Shown one piece after another: positions 18,667 through 30,600 of a DNA stretch of 64,000 nucleotides (position 1 is its first letter; every line of letters starts with the position of its first letter). The notes below the pieces were generated by a model. The model ran no database searches. It saw nothing but the letters and a program-made list of their open reading frames with translations, and was not told the DNA's origin. The DNA comes from a virus (Duplodnaviria > Caudoviricetes). A program made the position numbers and the translations under genes. The stretch is from positions 24,639-88,638 of the IMG/VR virus record IMGVR_UViG_3300044658_000017, one strand, 5' to 3'.

Positions 18667-21600
18667 ATGTCTAAATCAGTAAGACCAGCAGGCTCTAATG
18701 GTAGTGAGAAAGCTCCTTTAGAGCCTTCTGACTTTTTAAAGGAATATGGCTTTACCCCTAATCCTTATGCCGGAGTAGATGCACAGGAAACACTAAAGCA
18801 AACTCATTTCAACCCTGATCAATACGAATATATAACTAATCCTTCTTCACTTGATAAAGGTTCTGCTGAATCATTGCAGGCAGCAAGACAACCAGCCATT
18901 GATGTTTTAAAGAGATCAATAAAACAATTTGGTGCTAATGTAGCTGGTGCTATTGCTACAGGAGCATTAAATACTGCTGATGTTAAAGGAACATTTGATA
19001 TTCTTACTAATAAAGAAACAGACTTTAATAGTAAAATATTTGGAGTATCTGCACAGGATATAATGAACTGGTCTAATGAAGTTCAGCAAAAGAATCAGAT
19101 ATATGAAAAGAATCCCGGTAGCTTTTCACCCGGTAAACTTTCGTGGTGGGGTAAACAATTTGCAAGTTCAGGTACTGGTGTAGGTATGGGGCTTGAAGCA
19201 TTAGGTGAAACTCTTGCTGTAGGTGCTGCTACAGAAGGATTAGGGGCTATACCTGAACTGGGTAATGCTATAAGCAAATTCCCAAAACTATTAAGAACTA
19301 TTAAAGCAGCTAAAACAGTAGAAGAAGCTGCTGAGATTGCCAATGTTGCAAGTAGATTAAAAAAGACTGCTACTACATATGCTATTCTCAATAGATTAAA
19401 TGAATCTAAGAGTGAAGCTCAACAAACATTTCAGGATGCTTATGAAGAATTAATTAATCAAAAGAATCCTGATGGTACTAATAAATACACTGAAGAGCAG
19501 GCAAGAAGTGCTGCTGCTGCTGGTGCCAGAAGAGATTTTTTATGGAATATGCCTCTTATGGCATTAGATATTCTTACTTATAGGACTATGGTGTTTAATC
19601 CCTTTTCAGGAACTGGTACTGGTTTAATCGAGAAGGGATTAGAACATGCTGCAACCAAGTTGGCATCTAAAGGAGTAGTAGGTAAAGCTGTAGGATGGGC
19701 ATTACCTCATATAGTAGGTGCAGCTTCTGAAGGTTCTGAAGAAGGATTACAGTTTATAGGTTCTGAGGAAGGTAAACATTATGCCAGAGTATTAGCAGGT
19801 CTGGATGACGATAGTAGTTTCTTTCAGAGACTAGGTAAAGATGTTACCAGTGCAGAGTTCTGGAATAACTTTGCTGGTGGTGTTATAGGTTCTCCTATTA
19901 TTGGTGGTGTTATGAAGTTATTCAATTCTGCTATGAATGGCCGGCAGCAGAAAAGATTAGCAGATATGCACAAGGATTTTGTTGCCAATGTAGGTAAGAT
20001 GGATGATCATATATCCAATCTTATACGAGAGTATGAAGCACAGGGTAATGTAGAAACTGCTAATGTGCTCCGTAGAAACTTTGGTGCAATGAAAGTTTTA
20101 AGTGCTCTTCAGTTAGATGCATTAAAAGATAGTGATGTAGCTTTTGATTCATATAAAAACTTCCTTAGACAAACTCTTGATGAAGTAAACAATGGTAAAA
20201 CTGATAGTCTTAATGACTTAGGTTTTAATAATGTTACAAAAGAGCAAGTAGATCAAATCAAAGCACACTTTGGTACTTACTTACAGGATGCTGAAAGAAT
20301 GAAGAAGATATTCGATCAGGTATCTAATCAACATGAAAAACAGTTTGTACCAGAAATTGCTATGCAAATGTTTTCTGTCGAGACAAGAAGAGAGAAACAA
20401 GTTGAATTAGCTCAGGATATTTCAAACTTGAAGAATAGTGTCTTCGGTTATTCTTCTTTGTCCGATAATGGGAAGAAGATACATGATTTAGAGTATCAAA
20501 TGTTAGCTCATAAGAATGAGTTAAAAAGATTACAGAAAATTAAACAGGAGTACAAGAATCCTGCTGAACAAAAGAATGTAGATGCTGTAATTGCAATAAC
20601 TGAGAATAAACTCAACAATCTTAATGAGCAATTAAAGGATATTAATAAAGATGAATCTTATACACAGGAACAAAGAGATTCTGATGCTAGTCTATTAGCA
20701 ACTCCTGTAAAAGATCAAAAATACTATCAGGCTATAAGGGATAATGTAGCTAATGCTTCTCAAATTGATATTGAAAGTAGAAATCTGGCATTGTGGAATG
20801 ATCAACAGTTTAAGAACGAACAAGCTATTCATGGAATTATTAATTCCAGAAATAAAGAACAACTTGATCAACTCGAACAAGACTTAACTAAGAATGGAAA
20901 ACTTACTGACCCTATCAAAGAAGCTATTGCTGATAGAAGAAAGAAACTAGCAGCAAAACAGGCTATAGATAATCAGAATGCCAAAAACGATGATGTAGCT
21001 AACCCTGTAGCTAATGACCCCACTATTGAAAATAAACAGACTACAGTAGCAAATCCCACTGTTACTACTGAAGTACAAGTACAACAGCAGGCTGAAGCTC
21101 AAGAAGCTGAAAGTAAAGATAATGGTAGTGTATTACCACAAGGAGATATACAAAGTGCTGTAGCTACTGCACCTGAGATGAATTTTAAGAACTTCGATAT
21201 GTTCAGTGAACAGATGGCTGAAATTGCTCAGATAGCTAATGAACAGTCTGCTTCAACAGAAGATGATGCTCATGCAGCAGTATTAGAAGCAGTTTCAAAA
21301 ACTGAAATCACTAATATTGAAGATATTCTTAATGAAGATGCTGGAAGACTTGATATTATCTATGATGGTAATCCTGTATTATTTAAAGCCTTCGATGTAT
21401 TTTTAAACACTGATAATTTTACTCTTCAACTAATAGGATTAAAATACGGTAAAGCCAACGATATTGAAGCAGTTATATCAGCTATTAAGTTAGGACAAGA
21501 ACTAAATAAGAGAGGTATAACCTTTACAAGTGAAGGTATCGAAGTTAAAGGAGGAGAGATAAATACTCTATGGGATAACTTAGTTGAGCTTGGATTTGCA

Positions 21601-24600
21601 ATCAAGAAAGAAAAGGGATATGTATTTAAGAGAGATATAATACCAGCAGCAGAAGAATATGCTGGCCCTGTAGAGGTATCATTAGCTCCGGTAGAGCTTA
21701 GTGATAATATGACAGGAGAACAAAAGGAGAGATTAAAATCAGCAGTAGCCATATTACTTCAGGGTTTTGAACATCCTACTTTTGAAGATTTAGTAAGAGC
21801 AGCTATTAAACAATCTAATATAGATACTGCTGATAAGACTTTTAATCTTTTAACTAGGGGTTGGGAATTGAATGGTTATTCAAGAGTAGATTATCGACAA
21901 GTTTATACTAAGATATTTCAAGACCCTATAGGAACTCTTAATAGCTTATTAGGTGAATTAGCTACTGTTAATGACCCTACTACTGAAATAAAATCTTCTG
22001 TTATTACTGAAGGAACGGAAGCTGCTATACAAGATACTATTGCAGAACAAACAAAGCCAAATGACTTTGATAATAATGGTCAGCCTATATATAATTATAC
22101 AGGAGTAGTTACAAATGAGGTGGAAATGAAGTTTGCTTTTTTAAGTGTTCCTTATGATCTTATTCTTACTACAGAAGAAGATGGTAGTGTTACAGTTAAA
22201 AAACAAACAAGAGAAGGTCAAATTAATGCTGGTGAAGATGTAGATAGTTTAAAATTGCTTGACCCTAATAAGTATCAGGAAGGAACCGAGTTGCATGTAA
22301 TGATTCCTTCAAACTTCATGGATATTAAAATAGGTACATGGAATGCTGATGGTACACCGGGGCCAGCAATGTCATTCGGACAATATGTAGCACAGAATAA
22401 CCTAAGTCCTGAAGATCAGGAATATAAGGATAAAATACCAATGATTATCTATGATAAAGGCAAAACCAATGAAAGAGGAATTGCCTTTATACATGATACT
22501 CAGTGGTATAATCCTATTAATTTTAACCAGTCTAAGCCGGGACAAATGGAACAGGCTATTAAGTCTGTTAGAGAAATGAGGCAGGCTATATTAGATGCTA
22601 AAGGGAAGCCTGTTAGCATTACTGTAACTGGTAAACGAGAAACCACTTTTGATTCTCTTAAATTACCACAGGGTAATCAAATAACTTTAAAAGAGGCAAA
22701 TCCTGATACTACTATTGCAGTAGCTATAAATATTAATCAACTTACTAAAGACGGTAAGAATATAGTATTTGAAGGTCAGTTAAATAATACTAAGCCATTT
22801 AGTGAAAATATGGCTTATGATGTAAGACAAACAGGTATGAAGGATGGTAAACCTACTTATACTGCATTTCCTGTAAGTCAACCTCCATTAAGTGATTTAA
22901 CAAAATCATCTATCTTAATGGCTTTAAAAGTATTTGTTAATGCTAAGAACCAGAATCTTCAGGCAGGTGATAAATCAGTTTTTGATAATGTACATGCACA
23001 GATACTAGCATCTTCTGGTATTGATATAAGAAGTGTGAATGGTATTACTCAATATCTTTCTCAGTTTATGCATGTAGCTAACCTTGAGAATGCAAATAGT
23101 GTTGCTGAAGCTGAAGCTCAATTAAAAGGTAAAGGGAAAAAAGAAGGTTATAAATACTTAACTATAAATAGCTCTGGTGGAATTGTATGTGGTACTGTAG
23201 GAAAACCTATGACACCAAAGAACAATGGATTCTTCATTAATCCCAACCCCGGTAAGGATATGGAGACTTCATTTAAGTTAGCTAATGCATTCTTAGATAA
23301 TATTATTAAAACTAACTTCTTAGAAGGCTATCAACAACATGTACATTTTGGTTCTTTAAATAGAAATAAACCAGTAGTGCAATTCAATATGAAAGGAGAG
23401 CCTACCACTACTGGTAGTTACAATGATTACTTAATGAGTAATCTTAAGACCAATATCAGAAGTATAAACATCGGCACTAAAGAGAATCCTAATTATGTAA
23501 CAAGTGTTCAACCTATAATTACATATCAATTAACATCAAAAATCAAACAAGATGAAAAAATCAGCCCCGAAAAAATCAGAGAAGAAATCATCGAGCAAAG
23601 AAGAGAAGAGAGCAGAACAGATGGGCAGCAAGTTTCCTCCGAAGAAGGAAAAGGGCAGCAAGAAAAAATAGCTGAATTAAGAAAGGAACAAGAAGACCTT
23701 ATTAAACAAGCTAAAGAAGAGTTAGGCTTTGATTTCTTAAATGATTTATCAGAAGAAGACTTAGCTCCCGTAGAGCTAACTGATTCTCAAAGGGAATCCA
23801 TAGAGCAATCAGTTCAGAGTATTGCAGGTTTAAATCCTCAACAACAATCTGAACTGATTGACTTTATGTATAATCAGGTTGCAGCACAAATAGATTTAGA
23901 TAATAAAGAGGGTATAAGTAAGGAAAAGGTATATGCTGAAGTGAAGAAAAACTTTGAAGCTATTATTAAACCCTTAAGAAAAACCTATGCAGATAAGGTT
24001 AAACAGATTCAAAAATTAATTGATGCTGACCCTGAAACTCCTCATCTTCAAGATTTGAAATTAGCCATTGCTTCATACAATAAATCCATTCAGAGGATAA
24101 ATGATATTCAGGCTAATTATAAGTTAATGGAGGCTGAGACTGAGTTAAAAGTAAGTAAGTATACTAATATTCAAAAGGGTAAACTCAAAGAAAATCAGGA
24201 GACAGATGATGATAGTGAAACAGATGAAGATCGTCCTTTTGATGAAGGTGATGGTAGTACAGAAAGAGCAAAAGAATTTGGTACTGATAGTTTAAGTGAG
24301 AACCCGGATAATAAGTTGACCTATGCAATGAGAAGATTCTTAGGTCAAATAAGAAAAGTAGATAAGGATGGAAAACCTATGACTGGTTTTCTTAAATTAC
24401 CTACTTATGTAGGAAGTGATACAGTGGCTAATACTGTAAGAGATTTATTGGCTGATGTACCTTCTGACTTTAGTACTATGATGGCTAAACTGGAAAGGTC
24501 AGTTCCGGGTTATCCGTGGTTAAGAGAACTAATTGATAGATTGCAGGCTAGTACTAAAGAAAGACAGAATCAATTTGTAACTGTATTCAGTAATCATAGA

Positions 24601-27600
24601 TTAAGTATGAAATTTTCTATGATTAGCTATGATAATAAAAATAAAACATGGCACTCTAAAGTATATGATACTTTTCAAAGTGGCCTTGCTGCACAACTGG
24701 CATTAACATGGTACAATAATTTTATTGATAGTGATCTTGTACATATGGTTAATGAAGTGTATTCTCTTAATACAGACGAGGCACAAAAATTAGTGGATGA
24801 ATATGATTCATGGATAGGAACCAATGTACCAGTACTTAAGTCTGATATAAAGAATATAGTAGCTACTATAAGCATGATAACTGGTAAAAAGCCAGAAGTT
24901 ACTATCATGCCTACTGGTGAACTGAAAACTGAACTAGATGCTTTAAAAGAAGGAGAGAAAAAAAGATTTAAGTTTAGAAATATTGAGTATCAAATTCAGA
25001 AGAATGGTAATCAATTTAAGGCATCTTTCTTTAATAAAGCTCAATCAGTTAATCCTGAGAATGTAAGACAATGGTTAGAGAAAATAGGTATCAGGATGAG
25101 TGATGCCGGCTTTCAGGAGCTTATGAGCAATGGCTTATATCATAATTTTGAGAAGATTAAAGGTGATGGCTTATATACAAATCCAAATGGATTGTTCAGA
25201 ATATTAGCTACTGCACTTAGAACTGGTATAGCAAGTCCTAATAAAGACTTAGTTACTGGTGAAGGCAATCCTTTATTTCAATCAGTAGTTAAATCTTTAG
25301 CTAACCTAGAGTCAAACTTTAATACTTCTGTTAACTCTCCTAATGGTAGAGATAATGGTAAATCAATATTTGGTTTTACAGCACCTAAGTTTATTACTGA
25401 TAGAACAAGAGACTTAAAAACCAAAGATGGTAAAGTTATTCAAGAGCTTAGTACCATTTCCTTTTCCAAAAAGTCCTTGTGGCTTGATTTGTTAGTAAAC
25501 TCTGAGAAATTCAGAGATCAGTTTGAAGTTAGTCATATTGGATTAACTGCTCTGAAAGAGATGGGTAAGAAGATTTATCGTGATAATGGTATCACTAAGT
25601 TGTCAGATGTAGACCATGAACTTACTAAGTTGGTAATGTTTTGGGATACTAAACAAGGAGAAGTTGTATATAATAATCAACTTAATACTGCTAGTGATAC
25701 TACTATATCAATGAGGATGGCAACTATGTTTGCTCCTACTATGTCAGATAAATCCAATATGATGCTGTTAAAGACAGCAGTGCTTAATTTGGAAGATAAA
25801 CACTTTGTGCTTGATTCAAATGGTAATCCAACTTTAGGTAAGGAAGGAGTTAAGATATTATATGAGCAGGCTGTAAGACCTGAATTAATGAGAATGGTTA
25901 AACATGCTCAGTTAGGAGGTAAAACAAATATCAGTGCTTATGATAAGGGAGCTAAGATGTTCCTTTTAATTCCTGAATTAAACTATGTTAAGTTTAATGA
26001 AGATTTACTTTTAATAGATGCTATTGCTAATGGAGTACAGGAATTTAATCTTGAGTATATTGAAAGTAGACCTGAATTGATGAATCAGATAGCTGATGTA
26101 TTAAAGTCTACTTTAGATCAATTAGTGAAAGAAAAAATATCTGCATGGGATAAGTATGGTTTCTTAACTAAAACTCAGAATGGTGACATTACCGGAATAG
26201 AGTTTATGGATAAGAAATACTCCGATAAATTTAATGGTACCTCTAAAGAAAAAGTATATAAAGCAGCTATTGATTTTGAATTAAACTCAATGATAGCTAC
26301 AGCTAATAGCTTTATGTTATATGCTGGTGACCCTGCTATGTACTATAAATCTAAGGCTAAAGATTATATTACTATAGCTAGAGATACCTTTGTTAACGTA
26401 GGTAAAAGATTGGCTAATCAAATAGCTCCGGGTACTACTATTGCTAATAGTGAGAATGAAAGATATGTACAGTTATTTCTTGAAGATAGAAAAAGTATAG
26501 CTGAAGTACCTTTCTTGAAGTTTGCTACTAGAGTAAATGATGGTAAAGAAATCACTGATAAAGAAATTGAGAAACTCTTAAATGGTACTAAAGAAGAAAA
26601 AGAGAAGATTGCAGAGAAATATCCTAAATCTGCTGGTTATTTTAATATAGAAGGCTCTGATGCTCAAGAATACACTACATGGAAAGAACATCTTTCTTTA
26701 CTTGAGAAATTAGGTAAAACTTCAGATAGTATATTTGAAGTAACTCCTGATGAAATTCAGGAAGCAAAAGAGTTATTTTCTTCATGGGAAAATGGTAAGA
26801 AAGCACCTTTAACTAAACGTCAGGAAAAGTTAATAGGTAAAGTTCTCCAACCAATGAAGCCGGTATATACAGGTCAAATATATGACCCTACTCAAGATGC
26901 AATGAGAGTAGTGTATATCAAGTCTTCTTCATTTCCCTTAATACCACAACTCACTGCTGGTTTAGAAATAGACAAACTCCGTAAAAAAATGGAGGATATT
27001 GAGGCTAGAGAAAAGAAAACTGTAAGAGCTTCCTATCAAACAGCTAATAAGGTAGGTTCAGTTAACAATCCGGCAGTACTTTGGAAAGAGGGTAGTATAA
27101 TGGATGATGAAACATTAAACAATCTTGAAAAGAGTTCTCTTATCTTAGATAGAAAGAACTTTAGAATACAACAAGATGTACCCTTTAAGTCAGGAAAAAG
27201 ACTTGAAGATAAAATTACATTAGGTACTCAGTTAATGAAAGTACTTTTTGGTAATGGAGTTATTGATGCTGATGACTTTGAGTTGGATGGTAAGAAATAT
27301 AATGGCAAAGTCCTACATAAATTTTATAATGATGCATTTAATGATCTTATAAGAAATAAAAAAGCTCAATTATATGATGAATTAGGACTTGATGAAAGTG
27401 GACATTCTAAGGATTTAAAACATACATATAATAAGCTACAAAAACTTCTTAAAGATGAAGCTATCAACAGAGGATACCCTATTCAGGATATTGAAGGTCT
27501 TAATCTTGATGACAATGGTAATTTTATCACTCCTTTGTGGAGTTCTGCTAATAGTAACAGATACGAGGCTATGCTCAATGCTATCGTTTCTAATAGACTA

Positions 27601-30600
27601 ATCAAGATTAAATTCCCCGGTAACTCTTATGTAGTAGGTTCAGAAGAAGGCTTTAGATTTCAGGATAATTTAGAAGGGGTAGATCAATCAAAAATTATTT
27701 GGACTTCTAAATGGAATGGTAAAGGTCTTCAAGGTTCATTTAAGAAAAATGGTAGTATCGAAAAAGCTCAGGTACTAGTAGCATCTAAATTCAGAGATAA
27801 TGATGGTAATCTTATAGACCTCTTTACTAAGAAAGATGGTCAGTACATATATGTAACAAAGAGTGAAGATGGTAAATGGATGCTTAAGGAAGATATGATT
27901 GATAGTAAGCTGCTATCACTTACTTCTTTTCGTATTCCTACATCTGGTCACGTTTCTGCTGCACAAGTAGAAATAGTTGGTATTTTACCAGCACAGAGTG
28001 CTGACTTAATGATAGTTCCTCGAAACTTCACTAAGCAGATGGGTCTTGACTTTGATATTGATAAACAATATACTTATCAGTTATGGCATCATATGACTGA
28101 GGATGGCAAGTTTGTTGAGCTTGATGAAAAAATCAAAGAAGATATACTCAATAATGCTAAAGGTACATTAAAAGATGGTACTAAAGCTGGTAAATTGATG
28201 CAGGCTATTTTTGGTGATGAATTACCTTCATTCACTGAGGAAGAAATAAAGAGTGATAGTCAGCTTCGTGCTCTCAATTCTAAACTTGAAGAGAAGATTT
28301 TACAAAATAGAATCATAAAGATTCATAGTGCAGTATTAACCAATCCTGATGATAATATACAATCTAAAATCAATGGTATATTATCTACAGATTATGCTGA
28401 AGAGCAGGCTGATATGATTGAGCAGTTAAGTAACAAAGCTGAACAATCTAAAGTATTTACACCATTGAGTAGTGAATACCAGAAAATGAAAATGGGATTA
28501 GGTGCTGCTGGTAAAATTGGTACTGGTGCTTATTCACTTGACGTAACTTTTCACTCATTAGTACAGCAAATAGCTGCATTAGGTAAGCCTTTACAACTTA
28601 CATATCCTGTAGTTGATGAAGAAGGAAATGTAACTATAGAAGAAAAAGAGTTTAGATTTGGTAATCAGGTAAGTGATGGTAGATTGGGTAACGAAAGAAC
28701 TATAGATGGAAATAGAACTATTGCTGAAGTACTTGCAGAATTACAAAATATAGCTTTGGATAATGAGAAACTTCAAGTAATGGGTAGAGTAGGTCTTAAT
28801 GATCTTACTATTGATGTATCTAAAGCCTTTGCATTACTTGGTTTTGATAAAGGAGAAGATGAGGGTAAATCTTCAGTACAATTCTTGTTCTTATCACAAC
28901 CAATTGTAAAAGAGTTTGTAGAAAGAATGAAAAATGCAAACTCTAACATGGCTGAGTTTAGTCAGGATAAAGAACAATTAGTAGTAACTCAACTATTAAG
29001 AAAATATGTAGGAGATAAAGATAATTGGGACAGACTTAATAATGATTCCGAATATCAAAATCTTATGAGTAGAAGGATGAGTACTACTGAGATGCTGGCA
29101 GCTTTAAAAACTACTTCTCCTGATGGAGCTTTACAAGAGGCTATCTTACATAGATTCCTTGAAATGAGGGATTATGGTGTAAAGATTAGAAGTATTCAAA
29201 CTGGTATTAATGCTGATGCTAAAGGATTAGGTAAATCTTTTTACGATGTAATAGCAAGAAGAGAAGCCTTAAATAAGATTGGTGATAATAATGCCTTTAT
29301 TAGAGGAGCTAGTAATTTAATTGGAGATTATTCTATTACTCAAGAAACTCCTAGTCATGTATATATAGGAAACTATTGGGTTAAGCCTACAAGTCTTACA
29401 GGTAGTTTTAACATTCATGCAGTTTCTACAGCCTATAATATGTGGAGTAATTACTTACCATATGATGCTCCTATAATGAATCAAGTATATGACGAAATAA
29501 TGTCCTCGATTAGTATGGGGGATAATACTAGTTTAATAGATAACAAAGGAATTATTATCAAACAGGAAATCTTTAAGGCTTTTAAAAAGTATCTATCGGC
29601 TAATACTCAAAATGGTATTATTAACTATACTGATGATATAGTTGAGGAAAGAAAAAGGTTATATATAGATAGTGATACTAACACCTCTTTAGCTAAGTAT
29701 ATTAAAACTCTGAGAGATACTATTGGTAATAAAATCATTGATAACTATATTAAAACTAATAAGCTAATAAATAGGTTTGAATTTAATATTCAAAAAGATG
29801 GTCAACCTTCACTTATAAAGTTCAATAATGCAGTTGGAGAAGAGTTTGATGAACAATATTTATACAATTCACTTTCTTATCTGCTTGCAGCAAATAAGAA
29901 ATTACCCGACTTCAATGGGAAGTCTTATACTACTACCAAATTAGCACAAGATTTAATTGCATATACTTACTTAGGTAATGCCACTCAGGAAGCTATTCAG
30001 TTTACAAAGTATATACCTGTAACGTATACTAATATGGTAGGCTATGGAGACTTTATGAGAAAAGTAGGAATAAGATTAAGCAATGATCTTAGTGTAGTAG
30101 GTGCTAAAATGAAAGAGGAAGAATCGAGTATAGATAGTAACTTTACTATACAGTTTATGCAGCATAATCCTGAAAGAGTTAAAAATAAAATACCTGCTAA
30201 TCAGGTAGATAAAATGACTCATAGTAGGAATGCAGATTATAAATCAAGTGATCTTAATACTCTTCAATCATTCTCTTTGGTTCAAGAAGAGGGACAAACA
30301 CCACCTAAATATATTTCTATCTATAATAGAGGTATGGTTAAAGGAGAAAAGAAGTTCCAGTTATATATGAATCAGGGGGATGGTACATTTAAGAGAATAC
30401 CAGTATTAGGAACTTTTGGTATGGATGAATATGATGCTAGTCAGAGTGTAGGACAATCTTTAGTAAATGGTAAACCAAAAGCTATAGTAGTACCTAGTAA
30501 TATAAATAAAACTGCACCAGTACCAACTCATAGTGATACTTTTGGTATTAACACTGGTAATGCTAAAACGGTACTTGAAAATATATCGAGAGCCGGAATA

